A stretch of 64,000 bases of DNA, taken from positions 10,602,001 through 10,666,000 of the forward strand of contig JBHGNT010000009.1 in assembly GCA_043228905.1 (NCBI GenBank). Reading direction: 5' to 3'. The DNA is from Azolla caroliniana. Lineage: Eukaryota > Plantae > Polypodiophyta. Under the pieces are notes generated by a model, which was not told where the DNA came from, did no database searches, and saw nothing but the letters and a program-made list of their open reading frames with translations. Positions 24,936-38,000 of the stretch are shown here, piece after piece (the first letter of the stretch is position 1; every line of letters begins with the position of its first letter). The translations under genes were made by a program, and so were the position numbers.

Positions 24936-27900
24936 TGTCGAACACAAATGTATAATGGACGTATTCACACTATCCTCTTAGAGAGCCCAAGTTCGGGCTA
25001 TTTCTGTAAATAACATAAAGGGCAGTTGCCCTAAGTGAGTCACTATATAAAGTGACTTTGTAACCTTTTGTAAAGGTTGGTTGTTCATTGTTGTAACGGT
25101 TGTCCCTTTATGAATATAGATATATTCTTTGTGCCTCTGTCTCTCTCTCTCTCTCTGTACGTAATTTGTTCTTGCCTCTCTCATACGCAGGTATTTCTTC
25201 CTCACAGATTCATACTGTGTGATCTCTTCCGCACTGACGGCCTTGTTCATTCCCTACATTTGGTATCAGAGCTTGGATGTCCTTCATCCCGCTGTCGGCC
25301 GCCATTCGAATCTTTGGATCACAACATTCTGTTTTTTTTTGTTTTGTATTTGAAGAAACAGAGAAGAGAGAAGAAGAAGAAAAACGAGGCTTGCATCTCA
25401 TCGCGTTAGATCATCTTCGCTTGGAGTAAGCCAGCCGGCTGTACTCTGTTCCTCGTGATCGTAACCACTCGAGGTGAAATCCCCTTGTGCAACATTGACA
25501 TGATCGTGCTCCACTCGGTTAAACGGCATACAAACATGTCACCGAACGTTGCTCGACGCCCATTGTAACCACTCGGTGCAGATCGGTCTCAAGACAACAA
25601 CCCCAATTCGTGCTTCATCCGGCTGATCAACATTCGGGAGGATCAATTGGATCCGTCTCTCTCGTCGCTTCAGTCACCCGAAGCAGAATCGGTCCAGACA
25701 ATCGGTTTCAAGAATCGGTATTTGGCATATATATTCGGAAGCGAGCCGGGCTCACTCCAACTCGGTAACATTTGGGAAGACCAGTCGGTCCTGTCCCTCG
25801 AGTTACCGGAGTCAATTCGAGCAAGTTCAACAATACATATATCCGAAACCGAACCGACTCGGGTTCAAATCCGACTAGAACGATATCGGGTGAGCCAACC
25901 GGCTGCACTCCAACAAGGTTCGTAGTCAACTCCGAACCGAGCTTCGTTAACGGAAACCGAATCTGATGGTACCAACATCCGGCTCATCGGAAATGAGTCT
26001 AAGGAGGTTCGACGGTTCGAACTTCATTTTTTGGAAGGAGCAAATGCAGGACTATCTTATAGTCAAGGGTCAGATCGATCCGATTGAGAATGAAACTGCT
26101 CCAGAAATATACAAGGCAAATGAGTGGCAGAAGCTGGACAGAATCGTCCGCGCCACGATTCGGATGCACCTGTCGGAGTTAGTGTACTTCACAGTGCAAT
26201 CGTGCACGACAGCCTTTGAACTTTGGAAGAAGCTGTCGGAAACCTACGAAAAGAAGGTCGCCTCAATGAAGATGTATTTGATCCGGCGCCTCTACAACCT
26301 GCGGATGAAAGATTCCAATTCGGTTCAGGCACACCTTAACGAGTTTGAGCTCCCAAATCTCGTCACAGGGGACGACAATCGAGGATGAACTCAGAGCAAT
26401 GATACTCATGAGCAGTCTCCCCTCCTCTTGGGAAACCTTCGTTACAACTGTGTGCAACGCTTCTACGACTGCCATCAAGTACTACGAAGTCACAAGTGCA
26501 ATCCTGACTGAAGCAGCTCGGAGAAAGTCTTTCACCAAAGACTCGGCAGAAGAAGCCTATGTAGTACAAGGTTCGACCGACCGATCGAACAACCGGGGAA
26601 GAAGTTCTTCCCGACCGCCGACAAATCAGCGAAGCCGCAACAAGTCCCGGGAAACCCGAATCTGCAACTACTGCAAGAAACCGGGACACATCAAGGCCGA
26701 CTGTCAGGTACTCAAGTCAAAGACAGACAAAGCTCAGAGAGCTGATCAGAGGAGTAACCGACATGAGGAAGTCAACTACGTCGGCTCTTCAGCCGAGATA
26801 TTGACGACCGACCCGAACATATTGTCCATAGAGAATCCAATCGAATCAGAAGTTCTGCTTACGATTGAGGAATCGAGCACATGGCTTCTGGACTCGGGCG
26901 CGTCGTATCACGTGACACCTCACCGATCACAGTTTCGGCAATATTCAGACCGACACTCCGACTCAATTCGAGTCCGAAATTCGCAGCATTGTGCTATCAT
27001 CAGAATCGGCACCATAGAGCTCAACCTTCCGGGTGGCTCTACACTCGTACTACACAACGTCCGACACGTTCCTGAGCTCTCACGACCCTTGATCTCAGTC
27101 GAACAACTTGATGAAGCTGGCATCCGTGTTGGTTTCTCATCAGGAGGGTGGACACTCCACAGAGGGAACCTCCTGCTTGCTAGAGGACCAAAGGTACACT
27201 CATTGTACCCTTTGTATGTCACACTCAGAGAGGGTGACTTATTTCTGGTAGATATCCCTGTGTCATCCTTATGGCATGGACGACTTGGACACCTCAGCAA
27301 GACCGGCATCACGCACCTATCCAGAGCCGGATACATCCCGAAACTCTCCTTCTCGGACCATCAGTTTTGCGAGCATTGCCAGTACGGCAAACAGGTAGCC
27401 GCATCACACCCAACATCAGCACCAAGAGAGTCGAGCCCGCTCAATTTGGTCCACTCGGACGTCTGTGGCCCGATGCCACATCAGTCACTCGGTGGTGCCT
27501 TGTACTTCGTCAGTTTCATTGACAACTCGACTTGGAAGGTGTGGGCTTACCCCATCAGAACCAAAGATCGGGTGTTCTCAATCTTCTCAGATTGGCTCGC
27601 AATGGTCGAAAACCAGACCGGTCGGAAACTGAAGTGTCTTCGAACCAACAATGGAGGTGAGTTCAAATCTGATGAATTCGTCAAATTTTGCCGAGAACGC
27701 GGCATTAGACATGAATATACGGCACCATATAGTCCGGAGTAGAACGGAATCGCAGAACGCATGAATCGGACGATTCAAGAACGCGTTGTATCCATGCTCC
27801 AACACTCCGGACTGTCGGATGGCTTCTGGGCAGAGGCTCTACTCACGGCAGTACACATAATCAATATGTCGCCAAGTAGACCTCTAGGACTTAAGATACC

Positions 27901-30445
27901 TCAGGAAATATGGACCGGCAGAAAGCCGAATTATGATAAGCTGAGGATTTTCGGTTGCGAGGCATACGCCCTCATACCGAAAGACGACCGCCAAAAGCTC
28001 GAACCAAGATCAAGGACCCGACGGCGAGATCGGATACCGACTCTGGGACCCCGAGCACAGGCAAATCGTCCGAAGTTCGGACGTCGTGTTCAACGAGTAG
28101 ACTATGCACAAAACGGCCGAAAGGCCTATTGAAGTCCGAAGGGTAATATTTTCCGAAGTGCCAACCCTTCATGACGGCCCAGCACACAACACGAGACCGG
28201 TTTCACGGGTAACCGACTTCTCTCGCACCGAATCCACAGATTCGGCACAGCCGAATGGCTCGGCTTCCGACCATCCGACATCGACACCTGGTGCGACCAG
28301 TCCAGTCATACCTCGAAGATCTGAGAGACTGTCGCAACCTCCGGAGAGGTACTCTCCTGGAATTTTCTTCACCGACGCCGGCAAACTGACGTCCTACGAA
28401 GAAGCATCGGCAGCTGCCGATTCAGCCACCTGGCATCTGGCAATGGAGTCGGAAATGCACTCCATCTGCGCCAACAAGACTTGGGATCTGGTCGACTTAC
28501 CGAAGAATCGACGTGCTCTTCCTTGCAAGTGGGTCTATAGACTAAAGGAGACATCCGACTCGACCACCCCAAAGTACAAGGCCAGATTAGTTGCGAAGGG
28601 ATTTCGATAGGAATATGGCGTAGACTTTGACGAAATCTTTTCACCAGTGGTGAAAAGGACAACCCTTCGTTTCATGCTCGGTGTTGTGGTCGCCGAGAAT
28701 TTGGAGCTGATTCAGCTAGATGTGAAAACGGCATTCCTCCACGGTGATCTAAAGGAGGAAATCTACATGGAGCAGCCGAAAGGCTTTGTGGCCACCGGTC
28801 AGGAACATCTAGTCTGCCGACTCAAGAAGAGTCTTTACGGCCTGAAACAGGCACCCCGACAGTGGTACACGAAGTTCGACGATTTCATCCAGTCGATCGG
28901 CTTCTCCAAGAGCGATGAGGACCACTGCCTCTTCACCAAAACAGCTCAAGACGGTTCTCCCGTCTTCCTCATCATCTACGTGGACAACATGCTACTCTCC
29001 GGTCGGCATACCGGAGAGCTCACTGAACTCGTTCGGAAACTGCGATTGAAGTTTGGCATGAAGGACCTCGGTCCGGCAAGACACATACTCGGAATGAAGA
29101 TTAGTCGGAATCGCGCCAAAAGACAGCTTTTTCTGTCTCAAACCGACTACATCGGACGTGTCTTGGAACGCTTCAACATGCAATCGGCCAAGTCTGCTTC
29201 GACACCGCTCCCCATTCATCTTCGGTTTCTCAGCGAGACTACCCGACATCCGGTCCGGAGGGGGAAGACATGAAGTTGGTACCGTATGCACCGGCAGTAG
29301 GCTCTCTTATGTACGCGATGGTCGCGACACGGCCTGATATTTCTCACGCCGTAGGAGTCATCAGTAGATTTATGCACAATCCCGGCCGATCTCACTGGAA
29401 CGCAGTCAAGCATGTGTTCAGATATTTAGCTGGCACAAAAGACCACGGCATCCTTTTCGGTCCGAACTCAACTTCGCCGGCTGTGTGGATAGTCGCAAGT
29501 CAACAACCGGATATTGCTTTAAATTCGGCAATGGAGCAATCTCGTGGAAGTCAAAACTTCAAGAGTGCACAGCCACCTCAACGACCGAAGCAGAATATGT
29601 AGCTGCCTCCGACGCAGTGAAAGAAGCTTTATGGCTCGGTCGGATGGCGCACACGTTTCGGCAAGTCAACTCCGACTCGGCCCCAATTTTCTACAGCGAC
29701 AGTCAGAGTGATGTTGCCTTGTCGAAAAATCCGGTTCATCACAACGCCTCCAAGCATATCGAAGTTCGATATCACTTCGTTTGGGACTGTGTCATTTCCG
29801 GGAAAATCGGTTTAGAGAAGATATCCACAACCGATAATGTCGCAGATGGAATGACCAAGTGTCTTTCGGCAGACCGGTTCCGGTCTCTTTGGCAACAGAT
29901 GGGCGTAACAACATATCGGTCCGGTTGAAGCCGGACATAGTGCAGGATGGTTTCGGACAACAGACATCGGTTCACTGACGATCGGCTTCAGCTTTTCCGA
30001 CCCGACCAGTTCGGTCTTCTGTCTACGGATCATGCCGATTCGAACAAAACCGACCTGTCCGAGAACCTATGCCTATACCTGTATTTTCTAGATAACCCAT
30101 GTATACGCCCATTACGGGGGAGTGTCGAACACAAATGTATAATGGACGTATTCACACTATCCTCTTAGAGAGCCCAAGTTCGGGCTATTTCTGTAAATAA
30201 CATAAAGGGCAGTTGCCCTAAGTGAGTCACTATATAAAGTGACTTTGTAACCTTTTGTAAAGGTTGGTTGTTCATTGTTGTAACGGTTGCCCCTTTATGA
30301 ATATAGATATATTCTTTGTGCCTCTCTCTCTCTCTCTCTGTACGTAATTTGTTCTTGCCTCTCTCATATGCAGGTATTTCTTCCTCACAGATTCATATTG
30401 TGTGTGTGATCTCTTCCGCACTGACGGCCTTGTTCATTCCCTATA
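24936..30445 (+). mobile_element. Copia C5 (323-bp LTRs 24936-25258 and 30123-30445), decayed gag-pol 25966-29928
   Basis: TSD GGGAT/GGGAC; PBS TGGTATCAGAGC 25261-25272; PPT GGGGGGAG before 30123; CNYCKKPGHIKADC, WLLDSGAS and RT/RH motifs. Confidence 0.93.
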
Positions 30446-31915
30446 GGGACAACTGCTTTCCTTCCGGCCCGACGTTGCCCAAAGTGACAACTAGTGTCTC
30501 CCAACTATCCGGGAGGGAACTGAACAAGTGTAATGTAAGTACCTCATCTGCTAGAGGTACTTCAAGGGAAGTTGTTTGATTTATGAGCCCCTAAAATGCG
30601 TTCATGTGCTTCGCCATGCTAGATCCGTCATGATACCAGAGCCTCACTAGCTTCCGAAATACCGAAACCTGATTTATGGTGTTTTTACTCTCCAACATAG
30701 TGTTGATTTTCTCCCAGAGCACATGAGCTTTACTTTCTTCATTGAAGTTGTTATATAGGCTCATGTCGATGAAGCACCGGATGTACGCCATTGTCTTCAT
30801 GTGCATCACCTCCCATGTCGTGACATCAATCTTGTCTGGTTTCTTGTCCCCGAACTGTACAGGCAACCAGAGATCTTTGACCACGAGCATGTCCCTCATC
30901 TTCAACTTCCACACTGGGTAGTTGGAGCCGGTGAGCTTGAACATCCCGCCGAATGATTCTTCCATTCCCTTGTTTGCTCTGATACTAGTTTGTGCGGAAA
31001 ATAGCGCTCGGCCACAATCGAGCCTTAAACAACGAATGGAAGACAAAACAAACTAACAACTAGACACAAGATGTTTACGTGGAAACCCTAATTGGGAAAA
31101 ACCACGGGAGCCATAGACTCCAACTATCACTATAAGGGGAGGAATACAATGTGAGACTCAAAGGCAACGACCTCAAGCTCTATGTCTTCGCCAACCGGCG
31201 GTTACAACAGAAAACTCATTTTGTCTGTCTCTCTCTCTCTCTACTAAAGTAATTGCCATAAGTCATATTTATACTTATATGACATTTGGGCTATTTACAA
31301 ATATAGCCTCGATGGGCTCACCATGAAACATATTTACACATATATCCTTGGATCCAGTTTGCACCGGATCCATCCAGATTCACTTGATCCGGTTTTCATG
31401 TATCATCCGGAACCCTTTCGGATCCGGTTCCTTCATCTTGCTCGTCCGATCCGGCTCCTCTAGATCCCATCCGAAGGGACCGAATTCCCAACAAATTGTT
31501 CTTTTTTGTATGCTTCCAACGCTAGGGCGAGTTGAAGTTGTCCATCCCCGAATTCTTCTAGTAACCTCTGTACTTCCCTGGAGTGAAGTTGGGCTAAGGA
31601 GTCGTAATCAACTCCTAGCTCCTCCCGAATCATTGTGACGGTTTCATCGTCGAGTTTGTAAAATCCCTTGCATTCCTTCCGCTGATTTTCTTACTCCACA
31701 TGGAATATCTGTAATTCGGCTGCTTGGGTTGACCAAGCCTCCCAACCCTTTTCCATGGCCTCAACAACATTTTTCATGAACGGCTCCTTGTGATTGTCGA
31801 GTAAGACCTTGATTCTTTCTGTACCCATTTCCACTTTTATCTGCATTTCTTGTTCGTTGTCTTTGAGTCGCTTAATCTTCCTTGCAATTGTTGCCAATTG
31901 AACTTCATAGCGCAA

Positions 31916-34900
31916 TTTCATGAAGGATTTGCTTCACAATATAAAAATGAACTTAAATATTATATTCAAATGATATTGAGAGACTTGAACCCACAACCTT
32001 ACATGCCAACTACAAAGCATATACCACTAGACTAGGTTATTTGTTTTTAAAATTATATTTCTCTTTTTGATTTTACTTATCCCATGCCTACTTTCATACA
32101 TGAAAGCTCAAATGAGTGAGATGTCTATCATGCATCACATGTAATGCATGAATGCCAAATGGCGATCATGCATCACATGCATGTCTTGTACCCTCACATG
32201 CATTATATGCATGGGGGCACCTATAAAAAGAAGGGAATCAAGTAAGGGAGGGATCAAGAGAAAGTTAGAATATAATATAATTAAACAAACAAGTTAGCTC
32301 ATTTGGGAAGAGGCTCGTGTTTCGAAGTTGGAGTCGAGGGTTCAAATCTAGAATTCAGCCAAAGAAAAGTTGAATTTGTTGATCGACATTGTAACTTTGG
32401 TAAAACCTTGTGTTGTTAATATAAAGCTTGTTCTTATAATACATTTTCTCTTCTTAAATCATACATTGTCCCTGTAATCTTATCTATGCTCGTCTCTCTC
32501 TCACACATTACTTTTAACTCTTCTTCTTCCTTTCCTTAATCTTTCTAACATCAATGTACAAGCCTTATAAAATATATAGCCAACTTCCTTTAACCTTAGT
32601 TCCTGCGACTTCGCCGCACGAACCACAACTACCTAGACATATTTGGTGAACCCGACGTGAAAGCGACGACAAGGAGAAATGGAAGAGCAAATGAGGCTTA
32701 TGTGTACGATGATGGAACAAGTAATGCGAGAGCAAGGGATGATGACAAGCATCGACAAAGCCGTCGACAATATTCTTGCTTGAGTAGGAATCTTCGAAGG
32801 TATAAATTTAACGATATTTCTCAATATTCACAATGAAGAAATGCTTAAACGTGGTGTCGACAAAGCTGCAAAAATTAATAGCTTTAGTTGAGTCGTTGTG
32901 ATTGGGCTACAATAGGGGATCCAAGAGCTATAGAGGGAGCATCGAACATGGGCGACTTTCGAAAGAGAATTATTGAATGAATACAACCCCAACGATATGT
33001 CAAGGATGACAAGGCGAGCTTTCATGGATTGGGTAGAGTCTGATAAACATTTATGTGTTTTGGAAATGTTAAAATAGTTTTCAAAAAGATTTAAGCAATT
33101 AAATGTTAGAGATAGAAACATAATAATGCCAGATAAAATAATATTGTTTCTACAAGCTACTAATATTAAAGATAGGAAGGACTTGGGAATGCTTCTGGAA
33201 TATCAGAATACTCCGAGTGGACTTACCGTAGATTGGGAGGACGTGAAAAGGGCTTGCGCGCATTTCTGTAAAAGAAAGTTATGGTTTATGGAGCTGCCAG
33301 AGAGAAAGGGAGACGAAACGGGGAACGACTCACGAGAGAAGAAAATAGAAGATTCACTCTTGCATGAGTTGGTGAAAGACATGAAAGAATTATCGATCAA
33401 AGTGACGAAGCTAGAATCGGGACAAAGCTCAACTTCGTCAAGGCAAGGAGGTGGAATGGTCTGAAGATGTATGTGGTGTGACAATATCGACCATCAGAAG
33501 AAAGACTGTCAATAACATAGGGATACTCTTAATCATGATAAAATATATTATCAAGATGGTAAGATTCACTCAACAGAGACTCGACAACCACTTCAACTCA
33601 ACTTCGGACGAGGTTGAATGAAAAAGTTACTGGAAGATGCCGAGAGAGAAACAACACAAGCAATAACAATATGTGGCAACCTTAGGGTTGCACGTAGAAG
33701 ACTCATATGGTGGATCTGGCTTTTGGCAAGATGTGATGGATTGTGCAAGAAAAGGGAAGGTTCGAGTGAATGACTCAAAAAGAGCAGGAGATGAAATATG
33801 GAACTTCATTAGATGGAATGATCCAGTAGACACGCTATTAGCATTTGCCCAAGTGAATGCACAAGAGGTACTAGTAGAAGAGAAGCAAAAGAGAGCTGAG
33901 GAGGTTGATCTGGAAAAGAAACATGAGACACAAGAACAAGAGAGAAGAGAGATGGAAAAGGATGCTCTTGAGTCGAAAGAATCTGATAAAGTCAAAGGGA
34001 AGACATGCCCAACTTTTAAGCTTGCTTCAGACACAGAAGCCACGACGGATATAAAAAATGTGACAGAGGAAGTTACGAGAGGGTGTGCAACAACAATCCA
34101 AGATTTGGATCAGGGCATCATCAATGTTGCAAGTGTAAAGAAGATAAATGATGTTGGGATTCATGAAGGGGACAGGAGTCATTATACAAGGAACCATTGG
34201 GCTCAATCAACAATGGAGGTGCCTACAATGGGGATTTGCTTCGCGATATAAAAATGAACTTAAATATTATATTCAATAATATTTTAGAGACTTGAACCCA
34301 TAACCTCACACACCAAGTGTGAAGTACACACCACTAGGTTAAGTTATTTGTTTTTAAGGTATGGTAAATATAAAATAAACTTAAATATTATGTTGAATAA
34401 CATTGACAAACTTGAACCCACAACCTTGCATGCCAACTACAATTTGCAAGCATATACCACTAGACTAGGTTATTTGTTTTTAAAATTATATTTCCATGAT
34501 TGTACTTATCCCATGCCTATTTTCATATTGAAAGCTCAAATGAGCGAGATATCTATCATGCGTCACATGTAATGCATGAACGCCAAATGGCGATCATGCA
34601 TCACATGCACGTCTTGTACCCTCACATGCATTATATGCATGGGGGCACCTATAAAAAGAGGGGAATCAAGTAAGGAAGGGATCAAGAGAAAGTTAGAATA
34701 TAATATAATTAAACAAACAAGTTAGCTCATTTGGGAAGAGACTCATGTTTCGAAGTTGGAGTCAAGGGTTCAAATCTAGAGTTCAGCAAAAGAAAAGTCG
34801 AATCTTGTGATCGACATTGTAACTTTGGTAAAACCTTGTGTTGTTAATATAAAGCTTGTTCTTATAATACTTTTAACTTTGTCATACATTTTCACTTCTT

Positions 34901-35084
34901 AAATCATACATTGTCTCGATCATCTTATCTATGCTTGTCTCTCTCTCACACATTACTTTTAAATCTTCTTCTTCCTGTCCTTAATCTTTCTAACATCAAT
35001 GTACAAGCCTTATAAAATATATAGCCAACTTCCTTTAACCTTAGTCCCTGTGACTTTGCCGCACGAACCACAACTACACCGACA
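31916..35084 (+). mobile_element. gag: Internally deleted Gypsy G3, relative of G4: 5' LTR 31916-32639, PBS-Trp 32644-32659, decayed gag 32679-about 34226, 5'-truncated 3' LTR about 34228-35084
   Basis: Gag is near-identical in motif order to 51414-53528 and joins directly to LTR sequence; no PR, RT or INT. Confidence 0.88.
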
Positions 35085-38000
35085 ACGCTTGGATTAAGCC
35101 TACGTTGGTTTGCAAGTTAATCAATTCCTTCTCGTGCAACTCTTCCATCCATGCCATTTCCTTCTGCATACCCAATTGGATCTCCTCTTCAAGTTGTTAG
35201 TCGGCTACCAATTGGCCCTCAAACCACTATTGTTGCTTCTTCACAGCTTGTCGTTATTCATTGATTACCTCTTTGGCCTTGTCTAATGCCTTTCCCTAGA
35301 CCTCAAAATTGGCTAAACGTTTTGTGTGTACCTTGTTCAATTCCTCCAGTTGCACTTTTAGCTCGTTGTTCTTTTCTTGGCATTGGTGTGGATGCTGCCT
35401 TTCCTATCTGATGATTGCCAGAGTTCATCCCTTAGCCGGGTAATCTCTGTTTCCGCGGTTGCCGCTGTCTTCCTAGCTTTCTTGGTTATGGCTCTCTGTT
35501 CTTGAATATCCTCCTATAGCTCATTAATGTTGGCCGCCAGTTGTTCGACTGTGCCGGTACACTTGGCTTTCTCCTTAGCCTCATGTAGTTGCTATTCCAA
35601 GTTTTGGATTGTCGTTGTATTCTCCAACAACTGTTTTACTACTTCTTTGGCTCCCTTCCTTGCCCTTTTGCACTTGTACGCCATGTCCTTTGGCCCTATG
35701 TGTACGCTTGCCAATTCTTGATGCACCTCCACCAAGGCCATATTTAATACTGACAATTCAATTGCCAAGTGGCTTGTTTTACCTTTCCGTTTCCGGCCTA
35801 TTTTGTTTAGGGCCACTTCTTCTGCCTCGATGTCACCGGTTAAAGCCCTTTGTATTATCACCCAGACTTTGTGCTCGGCTGAGATACAAGCTCAACATTG
35901 GGTGCGTAAACGGGTGCGTAACCCAGTGCGTAGACTAGGTGCATAAAACCGTACGCACAAAGGCCGTAACGGTGCGTAAGCCGAGAGACCGTTAGAGCGT
36001 TATTCCTCGTAATGAATAATTTTGGGAGTTAGTGTAGGAGGCTCATTAATGAGCATTAAAGTATGTGTCAGTACTCTAACAATACTTCTGTCTGTCCATA
36101 AGGACTTGTATAAAAAGCGTTGATTGAGTGCATCTTGCATAGAGTGACTGAGAGTTATTTTTGAATCTAAGTTTTGTGTATTCTGTTCACTCTCTCTCTC
36201 ATTCTCTGTCTCTCCTGCATACGTTGTGTCGTGTTCAAAGCTTTCCATTAAACTTTCTCTTCGTCATCTGTGTTACACTATTGTGTCTGTTACGCTTCCA
36301 CACATGCTATTCTTTTACATGGTATTAGAGCGTGAGGGTTGAAATCCTCTACGGCCGACAAATAGACAAACATCACCATGAAGAACTGAAGAGAAATAAG
36401 AATGGATAGAGGGATGGCTAGCGCGCTTCCTACAGAGAAGCTGGACAAAAGCAACTATGCATCTTGGTCGTACAAGATGCACCAGTACCTACTTGGGCAC
36501 GGCTACTTGAGTCATGTCGATGGAGCTAACGACACAGCACCCGAATCAACACATAGAGACTTCCCAACCTAGGAACAGGTGGCAAGCAGAGTTCTATACT
36601 ACCTTGCATCTTGTGTGAGCGACCAACTCTTGAGCTACATTCGGGATGCCAAGACGCCAAAGGACGCGTGGGTAAATCTCAAGAGGATTTTCGCTGCGAG
36701 CACAACGACCAAGAAGCTGCAGCTCAGACAAGAGCTCAGCAATGTCCGATAGAAAGATCTATTTGTGGCCAATTAGATGGCCCAAATCAAGGAAATCTAC
36801 GATTCTCTCACCTCCGTCAACGTGAATGTCGAGGAAGATGAAATGGTGCAGGTGTGCCTTGAAGGGCTAGGGTTGCTCGTAGAGGAAAATCACGCAGGTG
36901 TGTCGATGAGTACGCACGCCGACAGCAAAATGTTGTACACGGAGGAAGATGGGCCCCGTGGTCATGGCAGACGTGGCAGATTGGCAGGCAATGGAGGCAG
37001 CCGAAAAGAGCAGAACGTGCGGCATAATCAAAATGTCGGAAGCAATTCCGAACCCTTCGGAAGCAAGGGGAGACATGGTGGCACCGGAAACCGGAAAGAG
37101 AAGGCCACGATCGATTGTTGGTACTGTGGCAAGAAAGGCCACAGGGAGAGCGAGTGTTGGAAGAAACGAGCTGATTCCAACAAAGCTGGATTGAGCCGAA
37201 GAGACACAGAGAGGCGTCAAAGGTCGCACTATGCGGAAGGCTCCGAACAAGCCGGAAATGGATCGGGCCCAACCTTCGTAATGAAGCACAAGGCTAATTT
37301 GATGGCTGTGAACACATCTAGAGTAGAAGAGGTGTGGTATGTTGACTCTATAGCGTCAAATCATATGACGAGTCATGAGGAATGGTTCTCGTACCTGGAG
37401 AGACCGGAAAAACAAGGAGTGGTCGAAACTAGAGGTGACACTTTGCATACCATCGAACATGTCGGTGAAGTGCCCCTCAATCACATTGGACAAAAGGGGA
37501 AGGTCATGAACATGCTACACATCTCGACAATAACCAAGAACTTGGTGTCGGTCGGCCAGATCGTTGACCAAGGGATGCAAGTTCGATTCACACATCTCTG
37601 GTGCTTCATAGAAGAGGAAGGCAAGATAATCGCGCAAGGGCGCCGTGAAGGGAGGATGTTTATCCTCGAGACCAACAACGTAGGCACCGCTATGTTCATG
37701 AAAGGACAAAAGGTCGAATCATATATCGACCTGTGGCACAAGCGGTTCGGCCACATCAACTTCCTGAAGCTTCGAGAAATGCAGACGAAAAACATTGTTT
37801 TTGGCTTGCCGAAATTAGTGGCCGAAAGGGCCAAGTCTGCGAAGCCTACCACTTAGGAAAGCATCGTGACCGACTTCCATTCCCCAATGAGCGTAACGGA
37901 GTCGAAATATGCTCGATGTGATCCATTCGGATGTATGGGGACCAGCACAGAACGTGAGTCTCGGTGGAAGCCGATTTTTCGTGACTTTCATCGATGACTT

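Larger units (their letters stand above)
15628..31493 (-). mobile_element. Copia C3 (3' LTR 15628-16178, 5' LTR 30991-31493), host of C4 and C5
   Basis: Paired LTRs; near-TSD ATTTG/AATTG; degenerate PBS TAGTATCAGAGC at about 30987-30976; PPT about 16181-16190. Related to C7. Confidence 0.9.
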
